From Verrucomicrobiota bacterium (GTDB taxonomy: Bacteria; Verrucomicrobiota; Verrucomicrobiia; Opitutales; Cerasicoccaceae), in assembly GCA_039818205.1 (NCBI GenBank), contig JBCBUK010000004.1:200302-264301 (forward strand): DNA of 64,000 nt, read 5' to 3'. A program made the translations under genes and the position numbers. The notes under the pieces are model-generated. The model ran no database searches. It was not told where the DNA came from and saw only the letters and a program-made list of their open reading frames with translations. Below, in pieces: positions 56,249 to 64,000 of the stretch. Position 1 is the stretch's first letter. Each line of letters opens with the position of its first letter.

Positions 56249-57229
56249 ATGAAGAACTTTTCGAATAAACGAGCGTTTACCCTGATTGAAGTGCTAGCGG
56301 CAACTGGCATTATGACGGTCGTCATTTTGGTTGTCTTAACCATGACGACGAATGTGGTATCGGTTTGGAACAAATCTGCTGGAAAATTGAGCTCTAACTT
56401 CGAGGGTAGGGTTGCACTCAAGAGTATGGAAGCTGATCTACAGTCTCTAGTGCTGCGATCCCGGCCTGCTGTAAACTGGTTGCAGATTCAATGGGAACGC
56501 CCGAACACGGGAAGCGGCCCGACTGTGCCTTACTCGTTTCCGACTATTTACATGGTTACCCGGGCGATGGATCGCCCTCAATATCGTAGTACGGGGGAGA
56601 CTATTACGGGGAGAACAAACACTGTTGTCTATAAGCTAGCTTACCAGAATCCGATTACTGGTTCTACGAACAATACTGCTTTCCCAGCCCCGATGTTTGC
56701 GCTTTATCGTTTTGTGATTGATGCAGAAAACACCTTTCGCTTCGTCACCAATTCTGTTTCAAATGGAGATTTTCAAGCTGCCGTTGCGGGCACGCACTTG
56801 AGCACCACCGTTGGTGGTTCTCGCTTTGTCAACGAGGATGGAGTTGAGATCGATATTGGGAATTTGGATGAATCCGTTTTGACGCGGGAAAATTTCCTGA
56901 GTGCCAACGTCGTTGATTTCGAAGTGACTATCTTTTTCCGGGATAACGCAGGAAACCTTCAAGAAATAAACCCAGCGAAAACAAGCCCGAACGGAACAAC
57001 TAATTTTCTGATTGGAAGTACCTCGACGGGAGACTTCGCCTTGGTGAATAATGGTCGTCCTGAGCCGAATGCTCGAGTCGAGTTCATCGATGTAACTTTG
57101 TCAGTTTTGTCTGAAGAGGGTGTTGGTGTTGTGACAAACGATCCCAGCGTTGATTGGGACGATTTGCTTGCTCAGTATTCGACTACCTTTACTCGCCGGA
57201 TTAATGTCATGGCGAATATGCCTCAATAG
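56249..57229 (+). CDS. Minor prepilin (PilW/GspJ-like; Verru_Chthon cassette C-like)
   Basis: A|FTLIEVLAA, ALKSMEADLQ, LYRF, LSANVVDF, IDVTL. Confidence 0.8.
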   Translation: MKNFSNKRAFTLIEVLAATGIMTVVILVVLTMTTNVVSVWNKSAGKLSSNFEGRVALKSMEADLQSLVLRSRPAVNWLQIQWERPNTGSGPTVPYSFPTIYMVTRAMDRPQYRSTGETITGRTNTVVYKLAYQNPITGSTNNTAFPAPMFALYRFVIDAENTFRFVTNSVSNGDFQAAVAGTHLSTTVGGSRFVNEDGVEIDIGNLDESVLTRENFLSANVVDFEVTIFFRDNAGNLQEINPAKTSPNGTTNFLIGSTSTGDFALVNNGRPEPNARVEFIDVTLSVLSEEGVGVVTNDPSVDWDDLLAQYSTTFTRRINVMANMPQ

Positions 57230-57330
57230 GCTTGGGTTCCATTTATTTGCGCGAGGTTGCGAAACTTCAAGCTGATCTTCGGGGTTGCTTGTGGGAATGG
57301 GTTCGTTTTGTTAGAGCGTTCTCCTAACGA

Positions 57331-58203
57331 ATGAAACTCTCTCCCTGGATATTAGCAGCTCGTCCAAAGACGCTTCCCGCAGCGATCGCCCCGGTTTTAG
57401 TCGGCACTGCACTAGCCGGGCATGACCATGTTTTTGCCTGGCAGCCAGCATTGATATGCCTGGCCTTTGCGGTGTTGATTCAAATCGGGACCAACTTTGC
57501 CAATGACTATTACGACTTTTTGAAGGGGGCTGATACCGAATCTCGGATTGGTCCGACACGGGCAGTCGCCAGTGGATTGATTTCAGCCGGTGCCATGCGG
57601 CGGGCGACGATCGTCGTATTGGTTTTGGCTTTTATGGTTGGGCTGGCGCTTGTCTATTGGGGTGGTTGGCAACTGATCATTGTCGGCGTGTTGAGTATTA
57701 TATGTGCGGTTGCTTATACTGGTGGGCCCTATCCTTTGGGTTACAATGGGCTAGGGGACATTTTCGTGTTCGTTTTCTTTGGTCTCATCGCGGTGGGATT
57801 CACGTACTACGTTCAAGCAGGTAGCTTTTCCTCCGTCAGTTGGCTGTTGGGTGCTGCGGTCGGCGCGCTTTCGACAAACCTCTTGGTCGTCAACAATTAC
57901 CGCGACCTTGAAACAGACCGTATTGCGGGCAAGCGGACCCTTGTTGTGCGCTTGGGCAGGAATGCGGCTTGGTGGCAGTATTCCCTAAGCATTGTGTTTG
58001 CGTTTGGAGTGGCATTGTTCTTGGCACTCGGTGATATCGGATGGGGATTGTTTTTGCCGCTAACGATGGCACCGCTCGGCCTCACCTTACCACTGCTTTT
58101 AAAGCGGTCGCGGGGCTCCGCGGATTTTCAACTCGTGCTTACCCAGACGGCGAAGCTATTGATGTTTTACAGCGGTCTAGTTTCGGTCGGTTTAGTTATT
58201 TAG
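57331..58203 (+). CDS. menA: 1,4-dihydroxy-2-naphthoate polyprenyltransferase
   Basis: AARPKTLPA, NFANDYYDFLKGAD, YTGGPYPLGYNGLGD, NNYRDLETD...GKRTL.VRLG. Confidence 0.95.
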   Translation: MKLSPWILAARPKTLPAAIAPVLVGTALAGHDHVFAWQPALICLAFAVLIQIGTNFANDYYDFLKGADTESRIGPTRAVASGLISAGAMRRATIVVLVLAFMVGLALVYWGGWQLIIVGVLSIICAVAYTGGPYPLGYNGLGDIFVFVFFGLIAVGFTYYVQAGSFSSVSWLLGAAVGALSTNLLVVNNYRDLETDRIAGKRTLVVRLGRNAAWWQYSLSIVFAFGVALFLALGDIGWGLFLPLTMAPLGLTLPLLLKRSRGSADFQLVLTQTAKLLMFYSGLVSVGLVI

Positions 58204-58275
58204 CGATTGATCGGCCGAGGTTCGTGCAAAAGCAAAGCTTGTGGCCCGGGCTATCGATCTGTTTGGTAGAGATCC

Positions 58276-59277
58276 ATGGCTGATGCACAATCGCTAGAGC
58301 GACCGGTGTTTATCCACAGTTTGTGGCGCTGCGCGAGTACCTACTTCATGGAGAAGTTTTCCCAGCAACCTGCGGTTGCTACCTTCACGGAGCCGTTCAA
58401 CGAACACCTTCGGCTTATTGACCACAAGATGATGGACGACGAGGACCGGAAGCGCCGGGAGGCGTTGAATCATCCGAACGCCGAGCAAAGCTACTACGGT
58501 CCCTATCGCGATTTGATTGTGCCTGGAGATATCGAAAGTCCGGGAATCCATCAATTCGATATTCGCTTTCCGCTCAATTACTGGTTCGAGGACAAAGATC
58601 GGGGCCACCTTCGATACCTTCGGACCCTTATTGACCATGCGGCCGATTCGTTTGAATCGCAGGCGGTCTTGGGATTCGTCCGTTCCCTTGGACGGCTGAA
58701 ACTGCTTCGAGAGCTCAATGGATATCACATCGTTTTGCTGCGCGAGCCGTTTGGGGTCTATTGGTCAAACCACACGCAGCTACGTGATAAAGGGAACAGC
58801 TACTTTGCGATTCAATACGTTATGCTCGCAGCGCTTTGTCGGCAAATACCCGCGTTGGACGCTCTGGCTTCCCGCTATCACCTGCCAAAGTTGAAGGTGA
58901 AGGGGCCATTCTATACCTTTGGTCGTGCCTGCAATCAGTTTCGGGAAGAATATGCGGACGCGATTGAGCTGCAGCGGGAGGCCTTTTGCTTAGTCTATTT
59001 GCTTTCCTATGGCGCTGCTTTGACTCAAGCCGATTTGGTAGTTTCGGTGGATCGTCTTTCGCGCGACCCGGAATATCGTCAGCACATTTCGGCGCTTATC
59101 GCTGAAAACACGGGACATCAGCTCGATTTTTCCGACTGCAAATGCCCTCGGTACGACGAACCTGCGGCTCGAGACGAGTTTTATAAAACTTATCGGGCCG
59201 AGCAGTTGACCCTCGAGGAACGTAAGTCTTCACACTGGCTAACTGGAGGGCGCTTGGTTGATTCGCTCTGGAGCTGA
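58276..59277 (+). CDS. Sulfotransferase-fold protein
   Basis: PVFIHSLWRCASTYF (5'-PSB-like loop), EPFNE, IVLLREP...S (3'-PB-like). Confidence 0.6.
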   Translation: MADAQSLERPVFIHSLWRCASTYFMEKFSQQPAVATFTEPFNEHLRLIDHKMMDDEDRKRREALNHPNAEQSYYGPYRDLIVPGDIESPGIHQFDIRFPLNYWFEDKDRGHLRYLRTLIDHAADSFESQAVLGFVRSLGRLKLLRELNGYHIVLLREPFGVYWSNHTQLRDKGNSYFAIQYVMLAALCRQIPALDALASRYHLPKLKVKGPFYTFGRACNQFREEYADAIELQREAFCLVYLLSYGAALTQADLVVSVDRLSRDPEYRQHISALIAENTGHQLDFSDCKCPRYDEPAARDEFYKTYRAEQLTLEERKSSHWLTGGRLVDSLWS

Positions 59278-59396
59278 TCAATTAGAATGGCGCCCGGGCC
59301 AGAAATATCTTGCTCCAGGCGCGGGATTTTTCTTTCTAGGAATGTTTAAGTTGGCAGCCAAACTGCGTGCCGACCCACGAGTATTGCAATTGGCCA

Positions 59397-60854
59397 ATGG
59401 TTTTCACCTCACTAACTTTTATTCTGTTTTTGGCGCTGGTATTCGCGCTCTACTGGATACTGCGAAGCCGTAGTCCGCAGAATTTCCTCATCCTGGTCGC
59501 AAGTTACGTCTTCTATGGCTGGTGGGATTGGCGCTTCCTCTCGCTGATCGTGATTTCGAGTGTCATCGATTTCACGGCCGGAATCATGATCGAGAAGAGT
59601 CAGGGGCGGGCCGGTCGGCGCGGATGGCTTGCGCTGAGTGTGTGTGCCAATCTCGGAATGCTCGGCTTCTTTAAATACTTCAACTTTTTCGCCAGTAGCC
59701 TGCAATCGGCTGCGAGCTCAGCGGGAGTTGAGTTGGGCAACATCACCCTGGACATCGTGCTTCCGGTGGGTATCTCGTTTTACACCTTTCAGACGATGAG
59801 CTACACGATTGATATTTATCGTGGGCAGATGAAATCGGAGAAAGATCCCATCGCCTTTCTCGCCTTCGTGTCGTTTTTCCCTCAGCTGGTGGCTGGACCA
59901 ATCGAGCGGGCTTCTCGCTTGTTGCCGCAGTTCATGGTCCCACGAAAGTTCGACTATGTAATCGCGGTTGCAGGTTGCCGGGAGATCCTGTGGGGCTTTT
60001 TCAAGAAAATGGTCCTGGCAGACAATTTAGGGTTGTTTGTGCAGAGCGTCTATCCGCGTGCTGAGGATTATAGTTCGCCGTATCTTTGGCTGGCGACGAC
60101 CGCCTTTGCTTTCCAGATTTATTGTGACTTTTCAGCCTACTCGCACATTGCCAAGGGAACGGCCCGCCTCCTCGGTTTTGAGCTAATGCGAAATTTCGCC
60201 TATCCTTACTTCTCGCAAGACATTGCTGAGTTCTGGCGCCGCTGGCATATTTCGCTATCCACCTGGTTTCGGGACTACGTCTTCATCCCGATGGGCGGGA
60301 ACCGTGGTGCAATGCGGGTAGTGATCACCAACACCATTATTGTTTTTGCGGTTAGTGGGCTATGGCATGGAGCAGCCTGGAACTACGTTATATGGGGTCT
60401 GTTGAATGGTCTCGCTTTTCTTCCGATTTACCTAAGGCCAAAGAAAACTGGAGAGAAGAAGAAGCGAGCGGGCGACATACCGGGTGGGGAGACCTTGATT
60501 CCTAGTTTCCGGGTTGCGCGTAATATCTTCGTTACATTTTCGGCGATGCTGATTGCTTGGGTCTTTTTCGCCTCGCCGACCTTGTCGGGGGCGTTGTTGA
60601 TCTTAAAACGGATGTTTATCGGCTGGTCTGCTGAGAATCCGGCCCTGTTGCCCGATTCCTGGAGTGTCATCCAGGTCATCCTTTTTACTGGGGGTCTGGT
60701 TATTTTTGAGTGGGTTCAGCGCCGACACGAGAATCCGTTGACCCTCGATAAAATTTATCGGCCAGTTCGTTGGGCCATCTACACGATCATGCTGTGGAGC
60801 TGTTTCTATTTGTTACCCCGGCCAGATAGCCCGTTCATTTACTTCCAATTCTAA
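59397..60854 (+). CDS. MBOAT-family O-acyltransferase (AlgI/PatA/DltB-like)
   Basis: LPVGISFYTFQ, FFPQLVAGPIER, QIYCDFSAYS, EFWRRWHISLSTWFRDY, SGLWHGA, C-terminal FIYFQF. Confidence 0.93.
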   Translation: MVFTSLTFILFLALVFALYWILRSRSPQNFLILVASYVFYGWWDWRFLSLIVISSVIDFTAGIMIEKSQGRAGRRGWLALSVCANLGMLGFFKYFNFFASSLQSAASSAGVELGNITLDIVLPVGISFYTFQTMSYTIDIYRGQMKSEKDPIAFLAFVSFFPQLVAGPIERASRLLPQFMVPRKFDYVIAVAGCREILWGFFKKMVLADNLGLFVQSVYPRAEDYSSPYLWLATTAFAFQIYCDFSAYSHIAKGTARLLGFELMRNFAYPYFSQDIAEFWRRWHISLSTWFRDYVFIPMGGNRGAMRVVITNTIIVFAVSGLWHGAAWNYVIWGLLNGLAFLPIYLRPKKTGEKKKRAGDIPGGETLIPSFRVARNIFVTFSAMLIAWVFFASPTLSGALLILKRMFIGWSAENPALLPDSWSVIQVILFTGGLVIFEWVQRRHENPLTLDKIYRPVRWAIYTIMLWSCFYLLPRPDSPFIYFQF

Positions 60855-60964
60855 ACCCTCGCGACTTGTTGATTTCCCAGGTAGGCGCTGGATGTTAAGC
60901 ATCGGGCGTTGAATTGACTAACTGGGGCAGCGAAATTGACCGGCACTATCCCGTTTGCTCCTAG

Positions 60965-61906
60965 ATGAAGCGATTTCTTCTAACCCTAGCGTTGTTTCTC
61001 GCAGTGCAAGCCCCGATCCTTGGTCTGTTTTTAGGTCTGTACTACGGGGTCCATTTTGAGAATGACCCGATGGCCGCGATCGTAGATAAAGAACGCCGCC
61101 TTAAGGAAACACTAGGGCCCCGCATCATTGTGGTTGGTGATTCGGGTGTGCCGTTTGGCACCGTTTCTCCGATGATTAAGGAGGCGTTTCCACAATACAA
61201 TCCGCTAAACTCCGGGCTTGCCGCAGGCTTTGGGCACCGGGTGCTGTTGGGGGAGGTCGAAGCTGCCGTTCAGCCCGGCGATATGGTGGTCGTGTGCTTT
61301 GTCTACGAGCTGTTTACCCGGAACCTTTTGAACGCGTTTTTTTATCCGCTCAGTGCGCAGGATCCCGACGTATACTTGAGCCTTGATCAACGTGACATGA
61401 GCATTCTGGGCGACAATGCCTTTATCCTGGTGAAGTCTGCCATGCACCATTCACGGAAACTGTTGTTCGATCCGATTGATAAGGCATTTGCCCATCCCTA
61501 CGCGCGAAACAGTTACAACGAGTTTGGCGACATCGATGCGCATTATGAGATGGAGCGCCCCGTGGGTCGCCCGCTGACGATTAAGGAGCTGGAATTTGAC
61601 GATTTTGAGTACGCCGCGGAGATCATTCAGGACATCAACGCGTTTTCCGCGGCATGCGAAGCGAAAGGAGCCAAAGTCGTTTTCTTGTTTCCGGCTATCA
61701 GCGAGGAGTCCTACCAGAAGCACGGTGCCAAAATGGATCGGTTGGCTGAGGTTCTGGAGAGTGCCCTTACTGTTCCGTTACTCAACCGACCAAATGAAGC
61801 GGTTTTTCCGAAAGCGATGTTGTACGACACGCCTTATCACCTGACTGGCGAAGGTGCGCGACAGCGGACGGAACGCTTGGTTGAAGCATTGCGCGAACAC
61901 CTCTAA
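60965..61906 (+). CDS. SGNH-like periplasmic acyltransferase/hydrolase, partner of the MBOAT protein
   Basis: N-terminal TM anchor, IVVGDSG (Ser), C-terminal YDTPYHL (DxxxH) with GA..RT. Confidence 0.7.
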   Translation: MKRFLLTLALFLAVQAPILGLFLGLYYGVHFENDPMAAIVDKERRLKETLGPRIIVVGDSGVPFGTVSPMIKEAFPQYNPLNSGLAAGFGHRVLLGEVEAAVQPGDMVVVCFVYELFTRNLLNAFFYPLSAQDPDVYLSLDQRDMSILGDNAFILVKSAMHHSRKLLFDPIDKAFAHPYARNSYNEFGDIDAHYEMERPVGRPLTIKELEFDDFEYAAEIIQDINAFSAACEAKGAKVVFLFPAISEESYQKHGAKMDRLAEVLESALTVPLLNRPNEAVFPKAMLYDTPYHLTGEGARQRTERLVEALREHL

Positions 61907-61923
61907 CTTGTCCAAATAACTCG

Positions 61924-63996
61924 ATGATCTCTTTCCGAGAAAACGCGGACGCTCCCAGCCAAGGGATTGATGCCCAAAGTTTGGTGAAGGCCTGCGATCG
62001 GGTATTCGCCACCGATGGCTGGTTGGCGAAAGATCTTAAGCTCGAGCATCGGCCCCAGCAGGAAGAGATGGCGCAAGCCGTAATTCGGAATTTCGTCAGC
62101 GACCGCTCCCTGCTGTTCGAGGCGGGAACGGGCGTTGGAAAGTCTCTGGCTTATCTGGTTCCAGGAATTCTCCGAGCGGTTGTTTCCCAACGTCCGTTTT
62201 TGGTTTCGACGCACACCATAGCATTGCAGCAACAGCTGCTCAACAGTGATATCCCGTTGGTTCGGTCTCTGTTTGATCAGGTCGACGAACTAGCTGATTA
62301 CCGAAACTTCCGGGCTACGCTCCTGGTTGGTCGTGGTAATTATTTGTGCGGACATCGTTTATCTCGGGCAATCGCCACGAAGGCCGATCTTTTTGGCGGT
62401 CCTCAGGTGGAAGAATTAGAGCGAATCGCTGAGTGGAGCACGGTGACCAAAGACGGCCTGCGGGATGAACTCAATCCGTCACCCGATCACGAGGTTTGGG
62501 AGTGGGTGAACGCCGATTCGTCATCATGCAGCAAAAAGAACTGCACGCCCGAGAACTGTTTCTACCGTCGCGCCTTGGAGGCTCGCAAAAAGTCTCAATT
62601 GGTAGTCCTAAACCACAGCTTGCTTTTCAGTCTGATTGCGGCCGGCCTTGCGCCCGGCAATAGCGAAGGCGTTCTTTATCCGAGCGATTATGTGGTTCTC
62701 GATGAAGGGCACACGGTGCCAAATATTGCTACCGACCACTACGGTCTTGGCATCTCCAGCTACGCCGTTGAGCGCGCTCTAAAGCTGCTCTACAATCCCG
62801 CAAGAAAGAAGGGCAAGGGACTTCTGGCCAAGGTTGGACGAACGGAAGACCATCGTGCGGTCACTGAAGCGCTCGCTGCGTCTGAGGGCTTCTTTAATGA
62901 GATCCGCTCCCGTTACCTGAAGCGGCAGGAAACGGTTCGGCTGCATGAAGAGGATTGGGCTGAGCCCGTATTGCACCGACCCCTCGGGCGCGTGGTAGAC
63001 CGTCTTGGTGTGTTGCGGGCAAATACGGATGATGATCATCTCAAGGATGAACTGGGTGATCACCGGCGCCGCCTACAAGACATGCTCACCGGGATTCAGC
63101 ATGCGCTGGAGTTGAAGCACGGCGAGCAACAGGTTTATTGGTTGGAGCAAGCCGGGCGGAAACGCAATATCGTCCAGATTCGTTCCGCGCCGCTCAATGT
63201 TGCTGAGGCACTACGCGAGACGCTTTTTAACCGAGGCACGTCCGTGGTCGTGACCAGCGCGACGCTGGCCTCGGGCAATAATATGGATAGTTTTGCTCAG
63301 CGAGTCGGCGCCGAAGGTGAGGATTTCTCGATTGAAGCCTCACCGTTTGATTTCGAAAAGAATCTCGAGATTTTTATCGCCGAGGACGCTCCTCAGCCTC
63401 GAAGTGGTGAAGGGCAGGCGGATCGCCAATATCTGGCTAAGGCCATTCAAACCTGCATAGATGGATCAAGCGGCGGTACTTTGGTCCTGTTTACCAGCTA
63501 CGCAGATTTACGGTCGACGGGGGATAGTTTGGCCCCGATTTTTCGCTCCCAGGGGCGTTTATTTCTCCGGCAGGGCGACGGAATTTCTCGGGCAGAGCTC
63601 AAGACGCAATTTATGCGCAATGGCAACGCTGTCCTGTTTGGAACGGAGAGTTTTTGGACGGGTTTTGATGCTCCTGGCGAGGCGCTCAGCCAAGTGATCA
63701 TTACGCGGTTGCCCTTTGACGTGCCCACCCATCCAATCTTGGAAGCCCGCTCGGAATGGATCCGGTCTCAAGGTGGCAGCCCGTTCGCCGAGATGACCTT
63801 GCCAGATGCGATTGTAAGGTTCCGCCAAGGAGTTGGGCGACTCCTCCGTAAGAAAACTGATCAGGGACGTTTGATCCTGCTCGATAGCCGTATTCTGACT
63901 AAGGAATATGGCCGATATTTCATTGGGGCCCTTCCGAGGACTGAATTCAAGCGTTTCAACCAAGAAAACCAGGGTGTATTGCTAGGAAAACGTTAA
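61924..63996 (+). CDS. DinG/YoaA-family Fe-S ATP-dependent DNA helicase
   Basis: RPQQ, EAGTGVGKSLAY, GRGNYLC plus CSKKNC...CFY (4 Cys), DEGH, TSATL, FWTGFD, QGVGRLLR. Confidence 0.93.
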   Translation: MISFRENADAPSQGIDAQSLVKACDRVFATDGWLAKDLKLEHRPQQEEMAQAVIRNFVSDRSLLFEAGTGVGKSLAYLVPGILRAVVSQRPFLVSTHTIALQQQLLNSDIPLVRSLFDQVDELADYRNFRATLLVGRGNYLCGHRLSRAIATKADLFGGPQVEELERIAEWSTVTKDGLRDELNPSPDHEVWEWVNADSSSCSKKNCTPENCFYRRALEARKKSQLVVLNHSLLFSLIAAGLAPGNSEGVLYPSDYVVLDEGHTVPNIATDHYGLGISSYAVERALKLLYNPARKKGKGLLAKVGRTEDHRAVTEALAASEGFFNEIRSRYLKRQETVRLHEEDWAEPVLHRPLGRVVDRLGVLRANTDDDHLKDELGDHRRRLQDMLTGIQHALELKHGEQQVYWLEQAGRKRNIVQIRSAPLNVAEALRETLFNRGTSVVVTSATLASGNNMDSFAQRVGAEGEDFSIEASPFDFEKNLEIFIAEDAPQPRSGEGQADRQYLAKAIQTCIDGSSGGTLVLFTSYADLRSTGDSLAPIFRSQGRLFLRQGDGISRAELKTQFMRNGNAVLFGTESFWTGFDAPGEALSQVIITRLPFDVPTHPILEARSEWIRSQGGSPFAEMTLPDAIVRFRQGVGRLLRKKTDQGRLILLDSRILTKEYGRYFIGALPRTEFKRFNQENQGVLLGKR

Positions 63997-64000
63997 TTTT

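Noticed and set aside
1..64000. CRISPR array, rRNA, IS elements
   Set aside because: No regularly spaced repeats, rRNA-like sequence or transposase ORFs observed.

Overview
Ordinary chromosomal window, about mid-50s % GC by eye, from a Verrucomicrobiota (probably Opitutia) bacterium; the taxon is inferred from PEP-CTERM proteins, a Verru_Chthon-type pilin cassette and mcsAB-clpC. Housekeeping content: partial OGG1-like glycosylase, dxr-cdsA-uppS, gdhA, tRNA-Val(TAC), ilvN-ilvC, hemC-cobA/hemD, clpS, tyrS, fabZ, mcsA-mcsB-clpC, surA-mfd, rnc-lexA, purU, gmhB-tcdA, tatD, ilvE, menA and a DinG-family helicase. Three accessory blocks are interspersed. (1) A ~10 kb surface/polysaccharide block between gdhA and the tRNA-Val 3' end: 2 PEP-CTERM genes, a heparinase II/III-like giant coupled to a methyltransferase, and a polysaccharide lyase. 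(2) A tandem array of five paralogous PEP-CTERM genes, each with its own near-leaderless promoter candidate, with a mosaic of perfectly identical nucleotide tracts (104 bp, 27 bp) between different pairs of copies; this is the best candidate for an undescribed surface-diversification system. (3) A five-gene prepilin cassette plus a sulfotransferase-like/MBOAT/SGNH trio. I found no CRISPR array, rRNA, transposase or integrase. All family calls are from motif recognition by eye; no searches were run.
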